DNA of 61,578 nt, the filler included, from Globobulimina sp. (taxonomy: Eukaryota): assembly GCA_003354225.1 (NCBI GenBank). It is 20 parts of 20 records of this genome, joined end to end, with 100 filler letters (N's around TTAATTAATTAA, not from the genome) between each part and the next. Parts side by side here need not be neighbours in the genome. Positions count along the whole stretch, not along the records: positions 37,023 to 40,006 come from PIVH01004141.1; positions 40,107 to 43,090 come from PIVH01004142.1; positions 43,191 to 46,172 come from PIVH01004143.1; positions 46,273 to 49,254 come from PIVH01004144.1; positions 49,355 to 52,335 come from PIVH01004145.1; 15 more parts are not named here. The stretch is one strand, 5' to 3'. Below, one piece after another: positions 37,421 through 50,471 of the stretch. Position 1 is the first letter of the stretch. Each line of letters opens with the position of its first letter. The notes under the pieces were generated by a model. The model was not told where the DNA came from. It saw nothing but the letters and a program-made list of their open reading frames with translations, and ran no database searches. Made by a program: the position numbers and the translations under genes.

Positions 37421-40006
37421 ATGTCACATTTGCAAAAGCTAAATTGTCGATGTGAAGTAACCGCTGTTAAATTCATTTGCGATGGCAATTTTTTATTAAC
37501 ATCACAAGGACCATTTCTATCCATTTATGATGCAATGAAAGGAATTTATATCGATTCATGTCAAATTTTATGCGCAAACAAAATTCATGGAATCCACACA
37601 CATTCGATATTATTGAATCTGATCGAATATACTATAATTATCTGCTTTGGTGGTCGAGAATTATCCATTTCGATATTTAACCCAAATAACAAAACAATAA
37701 ACACATTACATTCACCGCTACTATTAAATGATTGGATATTTGATACAAAACTATTAAAAACACAAAATGTAAATGCAACTCCAAATACCAATGCACAAAC
37801 ATTTGAGTTAGCCATTGGAATGATGCATAATCAAGTTTTAATATATAAGCTCTCATTGAAATATGACATAAAAGCAGAAAAATCAAAAATATCCTTATTA
37901 TATTCATACATTGAGACGATATTAAGTGAGAATACATCAATATTATATTCATTAACATTTTATGGCACGAAACGGAACAATTTAATGATAGCTGCTGGCG
38001 ATTGTTTTAACCATGTTAAGCATAGCAAATATTCACTGTTTTTGTGCGAAAACGCGTTTTCTATCTCAATTTAATGAATTTATAATAAATATAGCTATTA
38101 TTATGGAATGTATTTGAAACAGAAACAGTGCCAAACAGCAAAACCAAACACACAAATAAGTCCAAAATAAAATTCCGTGGACGAAGAAAGGGCGCAATTC
38201 ATGATATATCCTGGAGCTCCAATGGGAAGTACTTATGCTATGTGTCAGATGATCGCAGTGTGCAATTATGGAAATTCACAGATTCCAAATCGTTGCAAAT
38301 GTTATATCGGGTCTATGGTCATCAAGCGCGCGTTTTTAAATGTTGGATATCGTCAAATGCGGAGTATGTAGTGTCAATCAGTGAAGATTCAACGTGCAGA
38401 GTCTGGAACTTTGACGGCGATTTAATTGATGTCTTTGAGTTCCGTTATGGACAAATCTGGTCTTTGGATATCTGCTATAAACAGATCAGAAATAAGAATG
38501 TATATCATGTTGCTTTGGGTGGCGCGGATTCCTCCATACGTTTTCATTATTTTTTGTCCTCAAAACAGCCCAAACCCACAGCGGACATTAACACAAAAAC
38601 TATCTCGTTGAGTACCAAAAAAGCAGTCACAAACACAGAATTAATCCCTTTCAAACACCACATTGACGCAAAAGTATTCTATCAAATAAATTTACCAAAT
38701 AAATATTTTCCACATCAATCAGCCAAAAAGAAAAACCGTGGCAAAAAAAGAAACAACACGAACGTGATCAGAATGATGACCATCGATAAAAATCAACATA
38801 TAATATTTGCGACAGCGACCGACATTTATCGCGTTTCCAAATTATCCGCGGTGACAGAACTATGTAAATGGGAACATATCAGCTCATTAAAAAAGATATT
38901 TTCAGACAACAAACACGACGAAATTACCACAATGCAGATATGTAACGACTTATTTAGTGATTATGGACATTATCGGGGCTCGCGTTTATTTGCCAATGTT
39001 GATGTAACATTTCCTGAAGAAGCACAATACGGAGCCTCGCACGAACAAAAAACTGCATTGCAGCGTGCATCGCAGGCATCGCTCCGCACTCTCATCAAAC
39101 AGACAGATTATAAAATTGCTGAAAACCTACATTTGGAATACCAACGTTGGCTCATTATTGGCACCAAAGTAGGCCGAGTGTCTATCATTGATTTAACGTC
39201 AAAGCAGATTGCATTATCCTTTCGTGCGCACGACATTGGAATCATATCCCTGTATTCCTGTATTACCTGCTTTCAACCTGAAACATTGAGAGCTGACATC
39301 ACTGAAAACGATGCCAAAAGGCCTGAACACACCGCCAGCAAACTGAGAACACGTAAAATGAGGTTTTCTGTGACTGCATCGGAACTGCACACTATGCGGA
39401 CTGACCCGGTCGCGATTGATCAATATATCAAACAAACGGGTAACTCCTCGCTAATGCTGTTCACTTCTGACGGCAATGGGAACATTACATATTGGTGTTT
39501 CCCGTTGGCTGCATTACAGAAACCGAGCTCGACACTTTTGATGCTGTTGAAAAATAACTTGGACGACGTACACGTTGACGATGACGTCGTATCAGCGGTA
39601 TCCAGCGGGTCCAACGCGAGCAGTGTGTCGGTCAAGTTTGACGCCATGCGATCAGCTCTAAAATCTAGAGCAACGTTCCTGAATCCTGCAAAGAAGCAAA
39701 TTTGTGCGTTCTGCTATTTGCCGCCACCGAAAGATATATTGATTGTAGGTGATTCGCGGGGGAGTATTATGTTATTTTCATTGCTGAGTTTGGAGGACAG
39801 GGAGCGACATAAACCGATGCAAGTATTGAAGGAGATGCATGGTCGAGAGCCGGTATCCTGTATCAAGGCCTTATGTGGTATCAAATATATACATGACAGA
39901 CATAGACGGCAATCGCTGCATGACATGGACGAGAAATATCATATTGTTTCTGGTGGGAAAGATGGCAAAATTGTGGAATATACATTTGTGGATAGAAAGT
40001 ATTACA
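37421..40006 (+). CDS. WDR6: WD40 protein WDR6/Trm734-like (3'-partial); intron 38015-38094
   Basis: VTAVKF, KIHGI, DWIFD, ILYS, IAAGDCFNH|LLLWN, VSDDRSVQLW, YGHQARVF, SISEDSTCRVWN and GGADSSIR. Confidence 0.85.
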
Positions 40007-40106
40007 NNNNNNNNNNNNNNNNNNNNNNNNNNNNNNNNNNNNNNNNNNNNTTAATTAATTAANNNNNNNNNNNNNNNNNNNNNNNNNNNNNNNNNNNNNN
40101 NNNNNN

Positions 40107-41075
40107 TGAGAGATATCCTTCAATGCATTGTCCATCGCAAAACACCGTGTCATTTAACAATAAAACACCAATGCATTTATTATCCAATGTGATGCGGTAC
40201 TTATGTTTATTATTATTATTATTTTTATTTTTATTTTTATTATTAATGTCGGTTTCATTTTGCAATTGTGTGATAAATACAATATTATCGTCGAGATTAT
40301 CAGTGTTTATATAATAGCTTGAAATATTATCCTTTTCTTCTAATTTCTTATTTGTTGTCGACAATAAGTTATTTTCAACGAAATGCGAATCTGAAGCTGG
40401 CAACAAAAGAGATGGTGATGGTTTATCACTTATTTTCATATTATTGTTATGATCAGTATTTATATTTATTTTTATTTTCTTTCTTTTGCGAAATATAGAC
40501 ATTCTTTCTTGCAAATTTTTTGGTGTTAATAAATTTGGAATGTTATCAGTCTGATTATTCTTTAACGGCATCACATAAAAAGGTACGCGGCATTTTGTTG
40601 GATGGATATGTTTTGATATAGCAACATATAATTGAGCAAAATATAGATATTGAATAAAAAAACCACTATAACTGCATGGTAAAATGGGTGGAAGCTGCAC
40701 TACAAAGTCAAATTGAATGCTTTTCAAAGTATTATGACTATTATCAGCCATATCGGTCAGTTGCAATGCACGGCCTAAAACATTCTCTTTTCCACGTAAT
40801 ATATTGAAATAATCATTTTCAGTTTTTAAATGTGCGGGAAAATGGGTTTGCTCTGATTCTAAATTAATTTTACATATCCCCGATACTGATATGGATACTT
40901 TATCAATATCAATATTACCATTATTATCATTACCATTATTATCATTATCATGTTTATGTTTATGTTTATGCATTAATTGTAATATTACTGTGCCATGCAA
41001 GTTTGATCCGGGGTAAACCTCTGCATTTTTTAGTTGTAATGTTATTATTAATCTCTTCTTATGCTTCGTTTGCAT
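40107..41075 (-). CDS. RGP1: RGP1-like (arrestin-fold Rab6 GEF subunit) protein, 3'-partial
   Basis: VYPGSNLHGTV, QLPPILPCSYSG..IQYLY and YRIT.DNKCIG.LLL....FC.GQ.IEG. Confidence 0.62.
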
Positions 41076-41138
41076 TCTCGTTACAAGTTTACAGAAAATA
41101 CAGTTAAAAGTTTTTTTAAAAATATTTAATTATTGAAC

Positions 41139-43042
41139 ATGACAGACTCGTCGTATGATGATGATGATGATTCTCAACCCGATCAAACACAACATTCCCA
41201 TTCTCATTCGCATCCACAATCAGCATTTTCACAGAAATTTGGTGCAATTACCAAACAGGTGATTACCTATTTAATTTGTTATATGAATTGGAATAATAAT
41301 AATAATATATGTATATATAGTTTCCTTCTGCATTTAAAAAAGCAGTTTCGAGAGAACGAATGACGGCTAATGAGGAGCATGATTTTCATCATGAGAAGGC
41401 ATCATCATTTGGTTCATTATTTAAGAATAGATTTCAACCATCTTTTGTAAATAGAATTCGTTCCGCATCGGATGGCAGTCACAACAGTAACAGTAATATT
41501 AATAATAATAATAGCATTAATAACGGTGCCGTAGCTGGAGGTGTTACAAGCGGAGCAGTTGCAATCCCATCCTCTCCGTCGCCTGGTCACTATTCACTTA
41601 ATTCTCATCATTCATCATCTCATCATTCCTCACCGAAACCAGTCAAAAAACAAAAAAAGAAAAAAAAACACTCAACAAAAAGTATCAAGAAACAACAACT
41701 AAAACAACTGAAACAAATCCAGCAAATCCAACACATGCAACAGATACAACAGATCCAACGAAGAAGAAGCTCGCCGACGCCACCAAGTAATAATAACCCC
41801 GCCGGTCACAGCGGTCACAGTCTCAGTCATAGTCTCAGTCACAGCCACAGCAATAATCGAGCATTTGAAGTGATAATAAATGAGAATCGCGCATTAAAAA
41901 ATGAGATTGAAGTATATAAGCGGTCCATTGATGCGCTAACAAATGAAAAGGAACATTTAGAGCATAATTACGAGCAATTAAAGGACAAAGTGTCTGATAT
42001 TACGACCCAATTACGGATAATGACCAGAAGGTATAATAAAATCAAAAATAAAAACGAAGAGTACAAGAAACATTTTCAAAACACACTCACTATTCGGTTA
42101 TCTGCACAGCAACAAACTATTCGCAATTACCACAACCAATTAACACAAATCAAACAAAAATATGACATCTTATACTCTGAATATTTAGATAAAAATAATA
42201 TTATTAAAGATTGGGAATCCAAATATCATCGATTAGCGCATGACTTTGACCAATTTACTTCTGTTCATAGCCGCAGTCATCCTCATCCTCATCCTCATCC
42301 TTCTAAACTCATAAAAAAATGTAAAAAATTAAAAATAAAATTACATCAAAAAGATGAATCTTTAAATTTCTTATCCCAAATAATCTCAAATATGTACCAT
42401 AATTCATTGCCAATCATTCAAAATCATTTTAAAAAAGATTATAATAATAATAATAACAATGATGATGAGGATGAGGATGACCAAGATGACGATGAAGAGG
42501 ACGATGAAGAAGCTGATGACAATGAGGACGAAGAGGAAGAAGAAGAAGAGGAGGAAGAGGATGATGATGAATCAACAGAGTCAACAAATAATAATAATAA
42601 TAATAACAACAACAACAACAACGCAAATTTAAAATTAAATAATTCATCCATAGATGAAGAAGAAGAGGAAGAGGAGGAAGAGGAGGAAGAAGAAGAGAAT
42701 ATATCACCAATAAACGGAGAGAAATATAAATATAAATATAAAGGGAGAGAGAACTGCGAATTGATTGACTCAGAGAATGAAAATAAACACGATATTTCAC
42801 ATTATGCAGTAAGTAATAATTTAAGTATTCCCAATTCAAATAAATTAAATATTCGTTCACTATCTGGCATATCGGTGGATGATGATGGCATCGATAAGCG
42901 AGATGATGATGAATTAGAGAATCAATTAAAAATGAATCAGTGGTACATTGAGGCGTATTTTTTGCGGAGCAGCAATAGGGTTTTTGCTTTTAGTTCATTT
43001 CTTCAATCAACATTTAAATTTTCTATTTTTACTAACATTTGA
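41139..43042 (+). CDS. Low-complexity (His/Ser/Asn/Glu-rich) coiled-coil protein; intron 41259-41320
   Basis: In-frame 62-bp intron, a central coiled coil, and poly-N and poly-E tracts. The 3' end is uncertain. Confidence 0.6.
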
Positions 43043-43190
43043 GTGCTTCACTTTGTAACTAAGTATGCTGACCATGGGCAATAACTCTTTNNNNNNNNNN
43101 NNNNNNNNNNNNNNNNNNNNNNNNNNNNNNNNNNTTAATTAATTAANNNNNNNNNNNNNNNNNNNNNNNNNNNNNNNNNNNNNNNNNNNN

Positions 43191-46172
43191 CAACGTGCCT
43201 GGACTATTGCAATTATACGGAGATTGATGGGGAGGACGTAATGCTAAATGCATATGATTATATAAATTATGTGCAGTTGTTAGCTGAGACATCGATACAG
43301 CGAAGTGCAGATGTGGCAGCTCTAAATAACGCAGATATATCTTGCGACGATGCCAACGGCTGTGAATTGCATTGTGACTATGTCGTATCTTGCTTGACTG
43401 CCACCTATCACTGCAACTCTCCACTGGGCTGTAATATATACTGTGGGGAGTCTACGAGTTGCAGTAATATGGCGATATATGCGGACAAACATCCCAACAC
43501 ATCCATTACATTGGTATGTGGCGCCATCAACGCCTGTCGAGGCGTAACCGCACATATAAGTGGAGTGCAAGCAGCTGAAATACACTGTGTGGCGGAGCTA
43601 TCTTGCCAGGATCTGAATGTTACCTTTTCGGGCATTTCGAGCCAAAACAATAGCAACACGTCAGTCTCCTGCTATGCTCACAATGCGTGTGGCCGAGCGT
43701 ATATTTATGCCGATGGGCCATATACGAGATTGAATATGTATGACTATTCAGAGGAGGTTACTTTCGATAATGGATATGGATTTGTCCCTGCATTGGACAC
43801 AGTTACCTGTGGCACCGAGCTAAAGTACATCCACTATGAAAAGAATACCGATTTCTCCATTGCTGAGCTTGCCAGAGCTGAATATGAAGCGAAATTGACT
43901 GCGTGTGAGGGCGTCACCATTCACTGCGCAGATGCGAATGATGCAGCAAAACAATGTGCCATGTCGCATTTATACACTTCCATTGATGACGCACATAAAA
44001 GCTATTCATATGCACATTGTGTATGGGTACTACTCGCAGATATTACACAATTGGAATGTGGTATGTATATCCGAAATTATATAATTGTTATTAATCCGAA
44101 ATTATAAATAGATGGCTGCTGGAAGGCGCCAACTCTCGCACCCACGCCTGCGCCCACTGACAATCCTACACTCGCTCCATCATTGGCGCCGTCATTGGCG
44201 CCCACGACACCGCCCAGTGCAGCTCCCTCATTGTCGCCTTCCTTGAATCCAACAGCCGCACCGACCGTTGCTCCCAGTCTAGCTCCCACCACTCCCCCAA
44301 CGGCGGCACCCTCGGATGCTCCATCATTAGCGCCCACTGATGCGCCCTCTGTAGCTCCTACCCATGCCCCAACGCAACCGCCTACCCAGGCACCGACGCG
44401 CTTTCCTACGAATGACGCGCTTCGTTTATATGACTCTTGGACTGATATTGTTTACATTTTCAGGAACTTAACCCGTGATAATTATGATTGGATTTTAAAT
44501 AACTCGGCGAGTTCTGTATCTTACCTTGAAGAAGTGATCGAATCCGGTTACTTTCATTTTGAAATTGGCGGACCAGATTATCAATTATTTTCAGTGCGGG
44601 CACTGGCCATTAACCAGGTTGATTATAAAGACAGCGCAGCATTCGAAAAAGGAGTGTTATACAATAAAACTAATTGGAAAGGCACTCCTGAAATGCACAT
44701 GAAATCGCAAATTAAGTATAAGAGTCAGTTTGAGCATTATTTGATTTCTACCTGCTCCAAAAATGCGCGCTGGGCTACGGAGCTCACCTACACCTTTCGC
44801 GAATATCTGAACAACACTCATTTGAATTTCAGCGTGTCGAATACGTCGGGTTTGTTTCGGGACTATGTCAAGGAAGACGGGAACAGTCAGATCCCCTTTA
44901 TTGCGTTGTCATGTTTTTTGGGTTTGTGTATAATGCTGGGAGTATTGGCTAAAATCAATAATGGCAGAAAGTGGGGACCGGAGACTAGGAAATGTTGGGT
45001 GCCGGTTGATAATGCAAATTGGTTGGCGGGTATGTCTGATATATATCTCTTGACTGTCTTCAATTGGTTTTATTTTTTTTCAACTGCTCAGTGATTATTT
45101 ATGGATTGCAGATATATGACATGTTCAGTGATTTTTCACTGACATATGAGATATTCATTGCCATTACTAATGATGCAGCAGATGACGGCGATAATATAGT
45201 AACTGATGATTTAGACAAAGTTGATACGTTACAAGAATATGTATTGTGGGGCTCCGGCATAATGTCTTTGGTGTTTTTGGTGGTACCGTATATATTAAAT
45301 ATTGTATACGCCGCGAAATTGCCAAACAATAAAATAATCCGCACCAATGCCACTGCGCGAACCTGGTTTGACCAGCACCAGTATGTATTTATTGCACTTG
45401 TGGTTATCAGTGGCGGTTGTTATCCTTCTCTCAGTTTAATCTCATCCAATATATTTGGCATTAAATTACTAAATGCCGGGCTATCTTCCTTCGAATTAGC
45501 CGGTTTGTCGGATATTCGTGTCATCACTACAGTGCTCACTGAAAACGGCCCGCAATTATTTGTATGTTTATCCTTTTATACCGGCATATTATATATACAA
45601 AAACCAACACACAAACAAGGTTCAAATTGGTTATTCATATGCAACGGGAGGAATATCGCAAACCACGGTTTTAGCCTTTTCCACGTCAATCATGTCGATT
45701 ATTGCGAGCATCTTAAACTTTTTAATCAACCGCGATAAGAAAGGCGCAGTGCATGACATCTTTTATTACTTCGAACTGAAGAAAAGCACAGGAAAGGAGT
45801 TGAACGACTTATCCAAACCAGAAAAGTTCCACATTAAAAAACGAAAAGGGATCAAATTAGCTTTGGCGCGGAAAATAGTGAAACTGTATGGAGACATTGA
45901 CGTCGCTCATTTTGAGATCGGCCATCTGACCATAAGGAAGAAGAACTTTGTTACGCGAGTATGTCAGCATTTGCATGAACAGGACCTAGCGAATGAAATA
46001 AAAAGTACTAGTTCTGACCCGCAGAAACCATTTAAAAACCATTGTTTTGAGTTATTTGCAGCGCATCGCGAAGAGATTGCTACTATTATGTTTGGACATT
46101 ATTCGGCATTGGATCCAACAGAATATGAGCTGTTATATCATCGGGAATATCCATCTGAAAAATTGGAGGATA
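43191..46172 (+). CDS. Cys-rich repeat ectodomain + PT/PS mucin stalk + multi-pass TM protein (both ends partial); introns 44061-44111, 45030-45091, 45562-45619
   Basis: Repeated I.C....SC units and APT/APS repeats at ~44125-44410. TM region GLQIYDMFSD...ENGPQLF|VQI. All three introns restore frame. Confidence 0.8.
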
Positions 46173-46272
46173 NNNNNNNNNNNNNNNNNNNNNNNNNNNN
46201 NNNNNNNNNNNNNNNNTTAATTAATTAANNNNNNNNNNNNNNNNNNNNNNNNNNNNNNNNNNNNNNNNNNNN

Positions 46273-47291
46273 TCACGTGCTGTTTTATAATAAGATATGG
46301 ACGGCTCACAACCTAATACGTATAATATAATTCCACGGCGACTCATTTCATGGCATATTTGAATGGGATCGTATCCATTTGGATTGCCTCCAGGATAGCT
46401 GTCATACGCCGTACATCCCCAACCATGTCCCGGTGCGTCGCAAATTAATATATTGATTTTAATATTATTATCATTATATTGTATGTGTCGCAACGAATCA
46501 TTTAATGCTTCTGTCAATGCTTCAGGTCCGTCACCACCACCACCGGCACCATACGCGTTTAAATATTCATACATTTTGTTTACGTCATCGGTCAATGGAA
46601 AGGTTTTGGTAATAAATGTTGGTTCAGATTTCGGTTGGTCTCTATAGGCAATATAGCCAAAATTGATATTATTTATATTGTTGTTTTTATCATTTTTTAA
46701 TTCGTTTATGATATTTTTTATGGTTGCTTTGCCTGCGTTTATTTTATTTGACATTGTACCGGTACAATCCATTAAAAATACTAAATCGACATCGACTTTA
46801 TTTGTGGCTTTTAATTCTTTTAATTTTAATTCAATTTCAACATTTAATTTAACAGAAACACTTTTTGGATTTGGAGCTGCCGGTTTCTTCTCTTCGTCGT
46901 CCATTGCAATATCTTTATGTTTATATTTGCCACATTTGCAATTTCTACATTGCTTACGATCTGAATAATTGCTGGTATTGCAGCTACGGCAAATCCAGTC
47001 CGTATCGTCTTTGTTTTTCGCTGATTCATCTTTAATAACAACAGTGCCAGGTTCAGCGCTTGTGGCTGTTCGCCTTGTTTTGCATTTTCTGCATTTTGCG
47101 CGGTCTGCGAAATTGCTTGAACTGCAGTTTGAACATATCCATTCATCGCCTGATTTGGCAAACTTTTTTTGTCTTTTTCTTCCGCCCGAACCAGGTTTTT
47201 TTGCACCACATTTCTTGCATGAATTCTTGCTGGCAAATATCAAAAAGTTACAGTTTGGACACATCCAATCTCCTGCTCTTCTTCTTGACAT
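46273..47291 (-). CDS. Three RanBP2-type zinc fingers plus vWA domain (3'-partial)
   Basis: Fingers: DWMCPNC..FASKNSCKKC, EWICSNC..NFADRAKCRKC and DWICRSC..NYSDRKQCRNC. vWA: DLVFLMDCTGTM...YRD...GGGDGPEA...DAPGHG. Confidence 0.9.
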
Positions 47292-47415
47292 GATGGAAAC
47301 GGTCCGGTTGAGTATTAATTTAGTAAAAATGGTAGGTAATGCTGTGATATAAAGATTTGAAAACTTTCTGTGAAGTGAAACTTGAATACTTGATTGAAAC
47401 TTTTCGAAATTTCTT

Positions 47416-49254
47416 ATGTATGGAGTCTGTAAATCACGGTATAAATATAAGATAGCGCTGCAATATAATTTATTGACAAATTCATTTCATTCATCAACAA
47501 CAACAACAAACGAATGCTATTATAAAACATTAGGAGTTGTACGGGATGCCTCAGAGAAAGATATTCGTAGCGCATATATTCAAATGGCGAAAAAATACCA
47601 TCCAGATGTTAATACACAATTGAATTCAACACAAAAATTCACATCAATAAATGAAGCATATTCTATATTATCGGACAAACTAAAAAAACAAAAATACGAT
47701 TCTCAAATTGGTAACCTATTGAACCATAAAAATAACACACAAAAAAATGGCCATACTAAAAATTGGTGGGACTTTAATTTTTATGGCCATAATAACTCGA
47801 ATCCAAACACCAACAACAAACCGTACGAAGAGGATTATGGTGATTTTGAGTTTGGGCGTGATTTTTATGGCGATTTCTCTCGATTTTCAACAAACGATAA
47901 CAATAAAAATAGAAAACGGAAGCGAGACCATTCGAATAATGAACAAAATGCATATGCAGATTATTATTATTATTACCAACAACAAACGAAAAACAATCAG
48001 GATACTCACAACCATCAACATAAGAAATATGAAAATGTTTGGAAAGATTTTGAGTTTGAATTTGAGGTCGAACACGAATTTGATTCTGAATTTAACAATG
48101 ACGCATTTTGGAAGTTTTTAAGAAATAATAATAAAAAAAATAGAACCAAACATCAAGAAAATATTAATGAAAATAAAAAAAAGAATAACAATAATAATAA
48201 AGAGAAAATTAAGGAAAAAATAAAATCAAATAATAATAAAAACAGTAATAATAACAACAAACAACAGAAAGAAAAAGAAAAAGAGAAGGAGAATAATACA
48301 AAAACAAAGCGATTTAAACAGAAAGAGGTATCAATAAATGATATTGAAATTGATTTAGATTGGGATTTCTTGGAAGCAACGCTTGGTTGCACAAAAAATA
48401 TAAATTTTGAAAGAAATGAGATTTGTAACAATTGTGGTGGTACTGCCTTTGAATTAGATATTGAATGTATAAAATGTATCAAATGTGAGGGGAATGGCTA
48501 TATTTATGGATTTGGAAATGACTTTGTGTCACATAAATGCATCAATTGTGGTGGGAGAGGTTATATCTTTAAGAATTGTACCAATTGCAATGGGAAAGCA
48601 AGTATAAATGTGCCTAAATCATTAACTATAACCATTCCGAGTGGGATAAGAGACAATGACCGCGTTCGTGTCAGCAAACAAGGCCATCAATATATGAATA
48701 AAATGAATAACAGCAATAGCCATAAAAGGGATATTCTTCGATATGGACATATTTGGATCAATTGTAAGATGAAAAAGCATGAACATTTTATTCGAATCAA
48801 TAATGATATCCATGTTACTATGAATGTGCCGTATGTTTTGGCAGTGTTAGGTGGCTCCTTTGTGGTGCCTACTATTTACGGACCGAATATTGTTAAGATA
48901 TTATCGGGAATAAATACAAATGATTATGAATGTATGGAAGGCAAAGGGATCTATGATGCGTCTACGAATAAGAAAGGAAATCAATACATACATTTTGTTA
49001 TCAATATACCTGCGGAGAGTGAATTAAACCAACAACAAAAACAATTATTGAATCAATATGCAAAGTTAGAGAAAGCTCCGGTTGTTATTAAGACTACCAA
49101 TAATTTAAAACATTTTAAAAAATATGGACAAAAGGTTCAAACCTATAATCGTAAGGATAAGGATATGGAGGACATAGATGATGATAATGATGATGATGGT
49201 GGCGACGAGCTCGAGGATGAGGATGTGAAACAGGATGATTTTAGTGATGAATAT
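47416..49254 (+). CDS. Class A DnaJ/Hsp40, probably mitochondrial (Mdj1/Tid1-like)
   Basis: Presequence-like N-terminus, J-domain with HPD, four CxxCxGxG-type repeats, and C-terminal domain IPSGI...AVLGGSFVVPTIYG. Confidence 0.9.
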
Positions 49255-49354
49255 NNNNNNNNNNNNNNNNNNNNNNNNNNNNNNNNNNNNNNNNNNNNTT
49301 AATTAATTAANNNNNNNNNNNNNNNNNNNNNNNNNNNNNNNNNNNNNNNNNNNN

Positions 49355-49873
49355 AGTGCAGTTTATGCGCAAACATGTTTAGAAGATATCGTGGGTGATG
49401 TAGCTTGGTCTGATATTCCGACTTTAGGAATTTCTCCAACTATTACAACATCAGTGGATGTAGCAACGGATGAAGTAACATTTACAATCGATGTAGAATA
49501 TTTTAATCGGGATTTCGTCAACAACGTTCCTCTTGGAACAGATTTTGATTGGGTGTTGGGAGGTGATTATTTTTTTTATTTTGGCGAAGAAGGAGTAACA
49601 TTCCCCATTGGCAGTGGGACAGTAACTACCGACGGGTGGCTCGGAACATGTGATTCAATACAGTTTGTACACCAAACAACACTGACTGCATTATGGGCTG
49701 ACGCTTCTGTTCAAGTCACAGCCACAGAAACAAAAGTTCCGATCAACGGAGCTTTTACCATTACTGACCCATCTGGAACAGATCTGTATCAATTTTTTGG
49801 ATCACACCATGTAACTAAACTGTTAATCGCTGCATCGGGAACAGTGACAGTCACAGAGACTATCATCAATTGA
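49355..49873 (+). CDS. Hypothetical beta-rich, Thr-rich protein fragment
   Basis: Open frame with coding-like composition; no family recognised. Confidence 0.4.
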   Translation, partial: SAVYAQTCLEDIVGDVAWSDIPTLGISPTITTSVDVATDEVTFTIDVEYFNRDFVNNVPLGTDFDWVLGGDYFFYFGEEGVTFPIGSGTVTTDGWLGTCDSIQFVHQTTLTALWADASVQVTATETKVPINGAFTITDPSGTDLYQFFGSHHVTKLLIAASGTVTVTETIIN

Positions 49874-50297
49874 TTTTATATATATCCTCCGTATCCTCGC
49901 AAAATGATGCTACATTATTTGAGGCATCTTTGCATGAACCAAGACAACAAACAGAAAAGGCAGAAGCAGCCGATCCACCATGGCCAATATCGACCTGTAT
50001 ATTTCCAGTACATGACAAGATTGCTTCACACTCAATACCACACTCTCCGGCACTGCATCGAATTGAAACATCAGAACATGCATATTTATCTAAACAGTGT
50101 ACTTTTAAATTTGCAGCTTGTGCTCCATTGATGACTGCTCCATAACATGCATATTCTCCATCACAGAAAACAACACAGGCTCGATTTGCTGTGCAGAGTA
50201 TTGTTTCATCAGCACATTGACCTTCTTCACAAGTAATATCATCACTATTGCTAATAAATGACAATATCATTACTGTTGCTAATATAGTTGTAAGCAT
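49866..50297 (-). CDS. Small secreted Cys-rich repeat protein
   Basis: Signal peptide MLTTILATVMILSFISNS. C....C/AC repeats resemble those in the 43191 ectodomain. Confidence 0.7.
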   Translation of the reverse strand: MLTTILATVMILSFISNSDDITCEEGQCADETILCTANRACVVFCDGEYACYGAVINGAQAANLKVHCLDKYACSDVSIRCSAGECGIECEAILSCTGNIQVDIGHGGSAASAFSVCCLGSCKDASNNVASFCEDTEDIYKIN

Positions 50298-50471
50298 GAC
50301 TAGATCACTTCAGTTGTGAAGACAATTTTCCTTGATCTGATGCGATGACATGACATCCTTTATAGTTAGACTATATATAGCTCAAGTGTAAAGTATTGGA
50401 TAATGCTGAAACAATGTAAAAGTATTGGATATAGACTTAATTTGCGATTACATACTCAGTGCTGTCGGTAA

